This document shows, one piece after another, positions 1-13,656 of a DNA stretch of 64,000 nt. Both the position numbers and the translations under genes were made by a program. Below the pieces are notes generated by a model. The model worked only from the letters and a program-made list of their open reading frames with translations. It made no database searches and was not told the origin of the DNA. Source of the DNA: Eledone cirrhosa (taxonomy: Eukaryota); NCBI GenBank assembly GCA_964016885.1, contig OZ024742.1:285758001-285822000 (forward strand). The letters run 5' to 3'. Numbering within the stretch: position 1 is the first letter of the stretch; each line of letters opens with the position of its first letter.

Positions 1-562
1 GTCTTATATATTTTTATGTGGGCTGATAGGGGGCGGATTAAGGAATTACAGAAACCCAAGAAGCTAGATTTACCATCTTTCTAGTGGGTCCGGGTAAGCT
101 TTTTACATTCATATGATTTATTGATTTATTGATATTTTATCTGAGTGACCCGAATCTTCCTGATCGTAATTTTTCGGTCGCATGGGTGATTTTAGACATA
201 ATCTTTGTGTGTTGGTATTTTAACGATAGTTATAGTTCTGATTTATCTGAATTATTGAGCCCTCTGCCACTCATGTCGAATTTGTTTATCGTAAACTCGT
301 GAGCCGATTTTCCGATACTCGATTATTCTACTATATATATATATATACAAATATAAATTAGCGAGAATCGTATTTCGGCTATTGGAAATTAGCGAAAAAC
401 AATTTCTGAGATGTGTGGCAAGCACTCAATATATTCTAACGAACCAGAGCTACAACATACATTGAAAGGCCAAATACACTGAGATGATGGTTAAACCATT
501 ATCCGCACAACCATAAAAACGACCAAGTAATACGGGTCAAACAAGTAAAAAAATGTGATACA

Positions 563-598
<36 letters not shown>

Positions 599-944
599 AT
601 CATACATATATACACACGTACATACACACACATACATACACACATATATACATGCATACACACGCATACACAAATAGAGATATATGTACAGACACCTACA
701 TAAGCACACACACAATTAATTATAAGAAAACATATCATAAAAATACCGTCACATAAGAATAAAAATAAATGTAAAAATTATTATAAAGTTGACAGCGATA
801 CAGGAAACAAATAAATGAACAAACACACGTGGTAAGCAATACACACAATTGCACATAGATAAATAAAAATAAATACATACACACACACACACACACATAC
901 ACATACATTTACATATACACATACATACACATACACATATACAT

Positions 945-975
<31 letters not shown>

Positions 976-1085
976 CACATATATATACATACATATACAC
1001 ACACACATACATATAAATACATACACACACATGTATGTGTGTAAAACTCATTCTTAGATGTATTCATTGAACGTTGTTTAACTCT

Positions 1086-1131
<46 letters not shown>

Positions 1132-1459
1132 CACACATATATACATGTGTGTGTATGTATGTATATATATATACATACACACATATATATATACATACAT
1201 ACACACACACACATATATATAAGAAAATACAAAAATATTATATATATATATAAAAATAAAAAGGTGAAAGGGGTAAACAAATAGTTGGGAATACGACAAA
1301 TAATAAATAAATAAATAATTAGAAAAGGGTATAAATGTTTATAGCTGATTTAGAGCACTCAACAAATTCCTGGAGCAAATGATCAATGAAAATAAGCATT
1401 AAATCACTGTATGTAATTATGCATATACATACACATACACATATACATATACAATTACA

Positions 1460-2518
<1,059 letters not shown>

Positions 2519-2699
2519 CAAATACAACAAAAGCATATAAAATACAATTATATACACACATACATATACATACAGATATATATAATTATATATACACATA
2601 CATATACATACATATATATATATACATATATACACATATACGCAACACACACACATGTATGTGTGTATATAATTGTATTTTATATGCTTCTATTGTATT

Positions 2700-2745
<46 letters not shown>

Positions 2746-3395
2746 TATATGTGTGTGTGTGTGTGTTTTTATATTTGTGTGTGTGTATTTTTATTAAGGT
2801 GGTGACGTAACTTTTTGTAGATATGTGTGGGTGTGTGTATATGTGTATTTTTATATAATTGTTTATGTGTGTATATATATAATAGCCTCAGAAACGGCTT
2901 GAGCTCTGCCGTCGGGGTCATACTTTTTCCTATATGTATATATATATATATGTATATGTATGTATATGTATGTATATATGTTTGTATTTGTATGGTTGTG
3001 TGTGTGTGTGTGTGTATATATATAATTGTATATGTATATGTGTATGTGTATGTATATGCATAATTACATACAGTGATTTAATGCTTATTTTCATTGATCA
3101 TTTGTTCCAGGAACTCGTTGAGTGCTCTAAATCAGCTATAAACATTTATACCCTTTTCTAATTATTTATTTTTTATTATTTGTCGTATTTTCCAACTATT
3201 TGTTTACCCCTTTCACCTTTTTATTTATATATATATATATATATATAATATTAATGTATTTTCTTATATATATGTGTGTGTATGTATGTATTTTTTTTTT
3301 TTTTTTACGATCGACTTTCGTCAAATCGGACCAAGGAAACAATGTTTCCTTTGGTCTTTCCAATTGCTGATACTATCTATCGGTCGCAACTCCAG

Positions 3396-4550
3396 GATTT
3401 GGTACGGGTGATGAGAAACGTGTCCCGCATGTGCAACCCCGAAGAACTAGAGAGACATATACAACACTTCATCCACCGTATGCAGTTCTCTGGCTACAAT
3501 CAGAGAGAGAAAATCAGAGTGTATAGAGGAGCCAGAACCAAATGGGAAAAAATGGTAAATAATGACACAAATGAGACCTGCCCCTTGTATAGGAGCAAAT
3601 TTTGGAATAGAATAGAAAGAACTAGGAATAAGGCTAATAGAATAAACTCATGGTATGATAGCAATAAATACCAGAGTGTAATGTTCATCGATACAACCCC
3701 TAGAGGTGAATTAGCTTACAAATTTAGAAGGCCCCTAGATAAACATAAACTCAATATTAAGTAGTAGAAAGACCAGGTACCTCCATAAAAACATTTATTA
3801 GCAAGACATACCCTCTTCAAAGACCTCCCTGTATAGATAAGAAATGTATAATCTGTAAATTAAGCTCCCATATTAACTGTAAAACTAGAAATGTAGTATA
3901 TAACATAAGATGTACTGAAGGACAATGTAGAGATAAAAATATAGTGTACATAGGTGAGCCAGCTCGTAGTATAGGAGAACGGATAAATGAACACTGGCGA
4001 GACCTTCAAGATAGTAAAGAATCATGTGTACTCTACCAACATGCTAAAATAGAACATAAGGGTAAATTAGAGAACATAGAAATAAAAATAGAATCTACAC
4101 ACAGAAAAGACGCAATGTTTAGACAAATCACAGAGGCAATAAACATAAATGAATTACAACCAAAATTAAATAGAAAACATGAGTGGAACAGCAACATTAC
4201 AACTTACAATTAAGGACATAGAACAAACAACCAACCAGTAATATGTAAATAAACAAATAAATAAACGAATATAAACACACACAGACACCCGGATGTAACA
4301 CATGCGCAAACTAAGCACACAACACACACACAAAAACAAGATGGCGTAGGACAGAACAAAGGAGAGGCACAAAAAACAAAGAAAAGAATCCCCAGTCACT
4401 GAAGAGGTCACAGAATGTGTGACGAAAGAACTTTGACAATATATAAACAACCATCTGGTTGAGGAACCAACCGACCAACCGGAAATTTATAAATTCCTAA
4501 ATTTATAAATTTATTATAATAAATTGAAGTGAAAGCAACTGGTGCGTGTG

Positions 4551-4553
<3 letters not shown>
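3396..4553 (+). mobile_element. 5'-truncated Penelope-like element (RT thumb, CxxC linker, GIY-YIG endonuclease, 3' pLTR), frameshifted
   Basis: Peptides DLVRVMRNVSRMC..RMQFSGY, C-x4-CIIC, NVVYNIRC..YIGEPARSIGERINEH and RQITEAINI..PKLN. Homologous to 62300-63640. Confidence 0.9.
4395..4437 (+). ncRNA. Minimal hammerhead ribozyme in PLE pLTR
   Basis: gtca CTGAAGA g gtcaca-gaatg-tgtgac GAAA gaac TT tgac. Confidence 0.75.
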
Positions 4554-4633
<80 letters not shown>

Positions 4634-4764
4634 GTGACGTTTTTTTTACAAAATGAAAAATAACCGAGGTGTCCTACACGAGTGAAAGTATAAAGAAAAA
4701 GAGATGAAATCGAAAATGCAACTGGAGTCTTATTTAAAAAAAATATATATATATTTATTTGGTT

Positions 4765-4802
4765 CCTTTACCGGTTTCGCAGTTCTTCTGCTTTTCAAAA
4801 GG
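4765..4802 (-). ncRNA. Hammerhead ribozyme with U3-A8 core variant
   Basis: Minus strand reads cctt TTGAAAA gcag-aagaa-ctgc GAAA ccgg TA aagg. Confidence 0.75.
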
Positions 4803-5205
4803 TGAGTTGAGATGGAGGGTCTGTGGTTTTTCTCACATATATATATACATATATATATATATATGTGTATGTATATGTGTATGTGTATGTATGTGTATAT
4901 GTAAATGTATGTGTGTGTGTGTATGTATTTATTTTTATTTATCTATGTGCAATTGTGTGTATTGCTTACCACGTGTGTTTGTTCATTTATTTGTTTCCTG
5001 TATCGCTGTCAACTTTATAATCATTTTTACATTTATTTTTATTCTTATGTGACGGTATTTTTATATTTTTTCTTATAATTAATTGTGAATGTGCTTATGT
5101 AGGTGCCTGTACATATATCTCTATTTGTGTATGCGTATGTATGCGTGTATATATGTGTGTATGTATGTGTGTGTATGTACGTGTGTATATATGTATGATT
5201 ATGTG

Positions 5206-5245
<40 letters not shown>

Positions 5246-5248
<3 letters not shown>

Positions 5249-5902
5249 CTAAAACAATCTCTATACGTCTCATTTATATTTATACTCGGATTCTTTTCCT
5301 AGAGTGCTTAAACTATCTGTGACTAATCCCGGTTTTTTTCATAAAAACTGTGATAATTATTGCTATTTTGCTGAACTCCTTGTAGAGTTTTTTTTTCAGA
5401 ATGTATTTGACTGCTATTTCTTGTAAATAAACATTCACTTCCATCCTGACGTCACTAGCCCCGTTTTTTCCTCATGTGCTTTTTCATAAATACACATGAA
5501 GGCGAACTAGCCAGTTTTAGAATTCCCTTTTTCGGACTATATTACTGTGAGAGCCCTGGTTTTCTGTTGAGCTCTGCTGATGAATGATATTCCAACCGTG
5601 ACCATCTCCACTGAAAGTTTTCATGAAATAGTCTTTTAAGACTATACAGAGCATTTGATGTTATTCCAAATTGAAGGATAAGTGTTTCAAACTTTGTTTT
5701 ATCATGAGTTAAAGGTCTATAGATTTTTCCATGGATTTTACTAAATTCTGTCGATGAATTTGTATCCTGATTCTCTTTTGAGATGAGTTTGAGTTATTTT
5801 TCCTAAATCTTTCGTTAACTACTTTTCCCATCTTGACGTTATAGTCGCATATATGTTATAGAATGCCGTTAGCTTCTTGCTAAAACAATCTCTATACGTC
5901 TC

Positions 5903-5910
<8 letters not shown>
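5246..5910 (+). mobile_element. Non-coding retrozyme-like element, 631-bp monomer with 34-nt terminal direct repeat, inserted in (TA)n
   Basis: ttgctaaaacaatctctatacgtctcatttatat occurs at 5246-5279 and 5877-5910. There is an internal HHR and (TA)n on both sides. Confidence 0.8.
5571..5652 (+). ncRNA. Type I hammerhead ribozyme, intact
   Basis: gctctg CTGATGA atga-(long loop)-tcat GAAA tagtc-ttttaa-gacta TA cagagc. All three stems pair and the cleavage triplet is AUA. Confidence 0.88.
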
Positions 5911-5988
<78 letters not shown>

Positions 5989-6159
5989 CTGTGTGTGTGT
6001 GTGTGTGCATGTGTGTGTGTTTTTGTGTATTTGTGTGTATGTGTATGTATGGATATGTTGATATATATGTGTGTATGTATGTATATGTATATGTATGTGT
6101 ATTCGTACGTATATGTATATGTGTATGTATATATATATATATAGTTTTAATATAGATGA

Positions 6160-6208
6160 GATTCTACAGGACTAGAACTATTTCATTCTTTAGAAATCAT
6201 CAGGAATC
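6160..6208 (-). ncRNA. Hammerhead ribozyme in the inverted 5' part of a short element (6143-6300)
   Basis: Minus strand reads gattc CTGATGA tttct-aa-agaat GAAA tag..ctg TA gaatc. Confidence 0.7.
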
Positions 6209-6332
6209 AATATTAAATCATCTATATTAAAACTTTTATACTCTGCAATGTATTGAGTACCTTACTTACTGTGGTTACCTCCGATTCAACCCGGAATAGC
6301 GTATATCTATATCTATATATGTGTGTATGTGA

Positions 6333-6455
6333 AGGCGTGTGGCTGAGTGGTTAGGTAATTGGATTCGCAATCATAAGGTTGTGAGTTCGATTCCTGGACC
6401 AGGCGATGCGTTATGTCCTTGGGCAAGACACTTTATTTCACGTTGCTCCGTCTAC
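6333..6455 (+). mobile_element. tRNA-derived SINE (family 2), 3'-truncated
   Basis: A box tggctgagtgg, B box gttcgattcc and core tgtccttgggcaagacactt. Similar to copies at 18325, 21488 and 30345. Confidence 0.75.
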
Positions 6456-6725
6456 CTGGAGTTGCGACCGATAGATAGTATTAGCAATTGGAAAGACCAA
6501 CGGAAACATTGTTCCCTCGGTCCGATTTGACGAAAGTCGATCGATAAGATATGTGTGTATATGTAGATATATGTGTATATATATATGTGTGTGTATGTAA
6601 CTGTGTGTGTGTGTGTGTGTGCATGTGTGTTTATTTTTCCTTTCCTTCTTCCTTTTCCAGCCTCACTTTCATATAGATTATATTTTTGTTTTTAAAATCC
6701 AATGTCAATAAATACACCAGGATAT

Positions 6726-6786
6726 TTTCATTCTGATGATTGAAAGCAAAATTTGTTTGCTTTCAAGAAACCACTGGTAAATGAAA
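6726..6786 (+). ncRNA. Type I hammerhead ribozyme, intact
   Basis: tttcatt CTGATGA ttgaaagcaaa-atttg-tttgctttcaa GAAA cc-act-gg TA aatgaaa. Stem I is 7 bp, stem II is 11 bp and the site is GUA. Confidence 0.9.
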
Positions 6787-7099
6787 TAATTGCCTTATAT
6801 TGTTCATTGTATAACTATTAAGCTCTGTAACCTACATTGAGCACTCTTTTTTCCTGGACCTTTCCGACGGAATTACTTCATTTACACACATATATATATA
6901 CCATATAAAATTAACGAAAATCGCTGGTATTAACTCAACGGTCTCCGGCCACTATTTCTTCCTTCCTATCATTTCTTCGAGTCAACTCACATCGAGCCGG
7001 TGATTTCTGTCCTTCGAGGTAATGTTTTATCCAACGCTGCTTCGACGACATTTTGCTGTTTTAACAGCTTCCTTACCCCAAGCTTTTCAAGTTTCCCAC

Positions 7100-7134
<35 letters not shown>

Positions 7135-7135
<1 letters not shown>

Positions 7136-7985
7136 GATTTCACCGAACTTATATTCATGGAAATTTGGGACTTGACTCTTTCTTCCTCACTTTTCGTTGC
7201 TTCACCATCTTTGTTTACACTCTCGTGTCGCCTTTATTTACGTGTCCCAACGACTTTGTTTAGCCGTTGCTCGCACCAACCGGAGGTAAATGGTCTTTAA
7301 AGCGATGAAATACCAATGATGGTTGGAAGATCACTGATGAAGGACTAACTTTATTCATATGTAACCCATTAGCAACCACGCAGCACGTTTATTCTCATAT
7401 TTACACATATTTTTTCCCCCGCTGTGACCCGTCTATTTCGTTCTTACTGCTTCCTCTTTCTCTGTATCTTTACCTTTTCTAACAGTCACTCTCTCTGTTA
7501 GCCTCTTCCTCACCCTTCACTCACTCATTCTCTGTTACTACCTCTCCTCCTCCTCCTTCTTCCCGTTTGACCTGTGCGTAATTCTTTTCTTTCGCCACCT
7601 TGGTCAGGCAGGTTCGCTTTTTTTCTCTCTCTCGTCTACGATTTCACAGAACTTATGTTCACCGAATTCACAGACTAGATTCCTTCTTCCTCCCGTTAGA
7701 CCTGTACGGAATTCCTTCCTTGCTCACATTCCAACCAGGTTTGATGGTCTTTATTCTCTCTCGTTCACGATTTCACCGAACTTATATTCATGGAAATTTG
7801 GGACTTGACTCTTTCTTCCTCACTTTTCGTTGCTTCACCATCTTTGTTTACACTGTCGTGTCCCCTTTATTTACGTGTCCCAACGACTTTTTTAGCCGTT
7901 GCTCGCACCAACCGGAGGTATATGGTCTTTAAAGCGATGAAATACCAATGATGGTTGGAAGATCACTGATGAAGGACTAACTTTA

Positions 7986-7992
<7 letters not shown>
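7135..7992. repeat. Non-coding element between (TA)n tracts with ~225-bp terminal direct repeat (period ~632)
   Basis: 7135-7360 is repeated at 7768-7992. Both copies end in CTGATGAaggactaactttattcatat, which is only the 5' half of an HHR. Confidence 0.7.
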
Positions 7993-8033
<41 letters not shown>

Positions 8034-8061
8034 TTTAAAGCTTGATATAGTAAGAAAAGAG

Positions 8062-8099
8062 TATTTACGTTTCGGACATTAGTCCTTCATCAGAAGATA
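8062..8099 (-). ncRNA. Minimal hammerhead ribozyme
   Basis: Minus strand reads tatctt CTGATGA a ggac-taat-gtcc GAAA cg TA aata. Same family as 59814. Confidence 0.75.
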
Positions 8100-8434
8100 G
8101 AATGTGAAATTAAAGATGAAATAGAAAGATAGAGAGTTAGAAGAGGAAAGAAATAAAAAAAAAATGTTTGTGTATTCAGTCAGCCATATATATATATACG
8201 TAAATAAGACCTTCATTGCTCCAACCAGTCTATTCACCATCATTAACTACCCTAAATATACATACATATATATATACAAAGAACAAGTTCCTTATATTAA
8301 AAAATTCAGCATTTTACGATCGTTTCGGGGATGTATATGTGCGTTGGTATGTATATCATATAGATCTATGTAAAAATATTACAAATTATCAGAGGAAATA
8401 TACATACACATACCTTCACATATACATGCCGTCC

Positions 8435-8474
<40 letters not shown>

Positions 8475-8535
8475 AAGGCTTGGCTGAGCACACAAGCCGA
8501 AACCGCTTGGCGCCGCTGTGGGGATTTTACATCTT

Positions 8536-8566
<31 letters not shown>

Positions 8567-8568
8567 CC

Positions 8569-9321
<753 letters not shown>

Positions 9322-9350
9322 AAAACCACAAACCCTCCATCTCAATTCTA

Positions 9351-9386
9351 CTTTTGAAAAGTACAAGAACTGCGAAACCGGTCAAG
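9351..9386 (+). ncRNA. Hammerhead ribozyme with U3-A8 core variant
   Basis: ctt TTGAAAA gta-caagaac-tgc GAAA ccgg TC aag. Flanks are homologous to 4628-4826. Confidence 0.65.
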
Positions 9387-9448
9387 GAAACAAATAAATA
9401 TATTTAAAAAAAGACTCCAGTTGCATTTGCGATTTCATCTTCTTTCCT

Positions 9449-9533
<85 letters not shown>

Positions 9534-9977
9534 AATCAAGCAAGTAGTGTATGTACATGATTTACATACAACAAACGCAACTAAATGATAGACTTGACAT
9601 GAGTAGGGCCAGCCCACCTTGTAGACCCAAACCAACTGGCCCAAGGTCCAGATGGCACTGCCCGTGGGCTGGGTGTAGCCCATAGGTTTAGAAACTATTA
9701 GGGTTTCATTACGTGACGTTCATGTCTAGAGGGTGGGGAGTTATATAATATAATATTCTTCTAAGGGTTAGTGATGGTATATCTATAAAAGCTAGTCATG
9801 CGGTAGTGTGTGTGTTACGAATGATACAATGTGTGTATGTTTATTTTCCTGTGAATATATGTAACCTTATGCATGTGTATGAGTGTATATATATGTATGG
9901 AAGTATATTCATATGTGTGCGAAGTGTGAATATATATATGTATATATATATAATATGTATGTATATATATAGATGTA

Positions 9978-10058
<81 letters not shown>

Positions 10059-10135
10059 ATATATAGTATGTATGTATATATATATAGATGTATATATGTA
10101 TATATATCTATATATATAATATGTATGTATGTATA

Positions 10136-10220
<85 letters not shown>

Positions 10221-10224
<4 letters not shown>

Positions 10225-10270
10225 TGTCCGTGCTGTTTGCTCTGATCAGAGCAAACAGCACGGACACTCT
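10221..10270. repeat. Perfect 50-bp palindrome at the start of an HHR element
   Basis: agagtgtccgtgctgtttgctctga|tcagagcaaacagcacggacactct. Confidence 0.95.
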
Positions 10271-10282
10271 ATCTCAAAATTA

Positions 10283-10319
10283 TTTTTGAAAAGCATTTAG
10301 AAATGCGCAACCGGTAAAA
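10283..10319 (+). ncRNA. Degenerate hammerhead (U3-A8 core, GAAA mutated to GCAA)
   Basis: ttt TTGAAAA gcattt-ag-aaatgc GCAA ccgg TA aaa. Confidence 0.5.
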
Positions 10320-10440
10320 ACTTAAAAACTTAAAACCACAACTGAATACTAACCCATACAATCACTAATACTCTTTTATTCCTAATTAAACCATTTTTCA
10401 ACTGTGAACAATTTGTCAGCATTTTCTATTCCGTTTACCA

Positions 10441-10535
<95 letters not shown>

Positions 10536-10937
10536 GGGTCTTTCGTCAGTTTTGACGATGCATATTCTACACTAACTGTATTATCGTGTATATGGCTGAA
10601 TATTCCACAGATATATACACACTTTACATATTACAAAAGCAAAGTTACCGTGATTATAAAGATAACCAATTCCATTACATATACAAGCAAATGGGCTTAC
10701 GCAATGTTTCCATCTACCAAATTTCACTCACAAAAGTATTTTGCCCAGGATGTCATGCAATAGTTTTGAAACCGCGGCTTTATGATTCCGAGGCGAACTT
10801 AACACGTCAGCCATCCGTCCATACACACACCAAACTTCTTCCACTACACACATATATGTGTATGTGTGTGTGAGTGTGTGTGTGTATGTGTGTGTGTGTG
10901 TGTGTGTGATTGTGTATAGGTATGTAACGCTGTATCG

Positions 10938-10988
<51 letters not shown>

Positions 10989-11244
10989 TTTGTGGGTGTG
11001 TATTTGTGTATATATATGTGCGTTTGCGCGTGTGAATCTGTTTATGTATGTGCATTTGTGCACGTGTATCTGTTTATATATATGCGCGTGTATATCTGTG
11101 TACAAGTATGTGCGTTTGTGCGTGTGCATCTGTGTATATGCACGTGTGTGTCTGTATATTTATGTAAGCGTGTATTATGTTTGTATATCTAGGTGTGTGT
11201 GCTTGTGTGGGTATATGTGTGTGTCGTTTTATTTATTTATGTGT

Positions 11245-12908
11245 GTATGTGTGTAGGTATGTATGTATATGTATATATGTATGTATATATATGTGTGTGT
11301 GTGTAGGTATGTATGTATATGTATATATGTATGTATATATGTGTGTGTGTGTAGGTATGTATGTATATGTATATATGTGTGTGTGTGTAGGTATGTATGT
11401 ATATGTATATATGTATGTATATATGTGTGTATGTGTGTAGGTATGTATGTATATGTATATATATATGTATGTATATATGTGTGTGTGTGTAGGTATGTAT
11501 GTATATGTATATATGTATGTATATATATGTGTATGTGTGTAGGTATGTATGTATATGTATATATGTATGTATATATGTGTGTGTGTGTGTAGGTATGTAT
11601 GTATATGTATATATATATGTATGTATATATGTGTGTGTGTGTAGGTATGTATATATATAAGTATATATGTATGTATATATATGTGTATGTGTGTAGGTAT
11701 GTATCTATATGTATATATGTATGTATATATGTGTGTATGTGTGTAGGCATGTATGTATATGTATATATGTATGTATATATGTGTGTATGTGTGTAGGTAT
11801 GTATGTATATGTATATATGTATGTATATATATGTGTGTGTGTGTGTAGGTATGTATGTATATGAATATATGTATGTATATATGTGTGTATGTGTGTAGGT
11901 ATGTATGTATATGAATATATGTATGTATATTTATGTGTGTGTGTAGGTATGTATGTATATGTATATATGTATGTATATATGTGTGTATGTGTGTAGGTAT
12001 GTATGTATATGTATATATATATGTATGTATATATGTGTGTGTGTGTAGGTATGTATGTATATGTATATATGTATGTATATATGTGTGTATGTGTGTAGGT
12101 ATGTATGTATATGTATATATATATGTATGTATATATGTGTGTGTGTGTAGGTATGTATGTATATGTATATATGTATGTATATATGTGTGTGTGTGTGTAG
12201 GTATGTATATATATAAGTATATATGTATGTATATATATGTGTATGTGTGTAGGTATGTATGTATATGTATATATGTATGTATATATGTGTGTGTGTGTGT
12301 AGGTATGTATGTATATGTATATATGTATGTATATATATGTGTATGTGTGTAGGTATGTATGTATATGTATATATGTATGTATATATATGTGTGTGTGTGT
12401 AGGTATGTATGTATATGTATATATGTATGTATATATATGTGTGTGTGTGTAGGTATGTATGTATATGTATATATGTATGTATATATATGTGTGTGTGTGT
12501 AGGTATGTATGTATGTGTATATATGTATGTATATATATGTGTGTGTGTGTAGGTATGTATGTATGTGTATATATGTATGTATATATATGTGTGTGTGTGT
12601 AGGTATGTATGTATGTGTATATATGTATGTATATATATGTGTGTGTGTGTAGGTATGTATGTATGTGTATATATGTATGTATATATATGTGTGTGTGTGT
12701 GTAGGTATGTATGTATATGTATATATGTATGTATATATGTGTGTGTGTGTAGGTATGTATGTATATGTATATATGTATGTATATATATGTGTGTGTGTGT
12801 AGGTATGTATGTATATGTATATATGTATGTATATATGTGTGTGTGTGTAGGTATGTATGTATATGTATATATGTATGTATATATATGTGTGTGTGTGTAG
12901 GTATGTAT
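11245..12908. repeat. Compound minisatellite, ~38-42 bp unit (gt)n-aggtatgtatgtatatgtatatatgtatgtatatat
   Basis: About 40 tandem units, each marked by gtaggtatg. Confidence 0.95.
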
Positions 12909-12994
12909 AGTAGTGAGGCTCGCCTGCTAGCAGCATTCCCCACATTGTTTCATGCAGCACTCGGCTCTCTACTGACACATTGACCTAAATAGAG

Positions 12995-13510
12995 TTGGTG
13001 GTGGTGGGGTAGTAGTGGTGTGTGAAGGTGGAGGTGGTGGTGGTGCGTAGTGGTGGTGGGAGATGAGGGTGGTCGGGGAGTGGTGGTGGGTGATGAAGGT
13101 GGTCGGGTAGTAGTGGTGGTGGTGGTAGGCGATGGAGGTGGTGGGGTAGTAGTGGTTGTGGTAGTGGTAGGTGATGGTGGTGGTGGGGTAGTAGTGGTGG
13201 TGGTGGTGGTAGGTGATCGTGTGGGGGTGGGGTGGTAGTGGTGCTGTTGTGGTGGTGGGGTAGCAGTGGTGGTGGGGGTGGTAGTTGATGATTGAACTGG
13301 GGTAGTAGTGGTGGTAGTAGTGGTAGGTGATGGTGGTGGTGTGATATAGTGTTGGGGGTAGGGTAGATGCGGTGGTAGTGGTGGGGGTTATGGAGTAGTG
13401 GTGGTGGTGGCGGATGGTATCAGTATTAGTAGTAGTAGTATTAGTATTAGTAGTAGTGGTGGTGGTAGTATTAGTTGTGGTAGTAATAGTAGTAGTAGTG
13501 GTGGTGGTAC
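12995..13510. repeat. Degenerate (GGT/AGT)n trinucleotide tract
   Basis: Direct inspection. Confidence 0.9.
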
Positions 13511-13656
13511 AGTAGTTACTGATAGTTTCAGTGCATGGTTGTGCTAGAGTTAACAGAGAGGATAATAGTGTTGGTACTGTTGCTAAGTTATTGTTGCTAT
13601 TATTGTTGTTATGGTGGGTGTGGTGGAAGTCACATGAAAACTTTCTCTTTCATGCT

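Noticed and set aside
1-330. Possible coding fragment at the window start
   Set aside because: The minus-strand frame I translated has stops, the ORF track shows nothing here and I recognised no motif.
6333-6405. tRNA gene (also 21488, 34161 and others)
   Set aside because: The A/B boxes run into SINE cores and no complete cloverleaf forms.
11233-12978. Long 581-aa and 412-aa ORFs and the many YI/CV/HT-rich ORFs across the window
   Set aside because: They are translations of micro- and minisatellites that lack stop codons, with no domain content.
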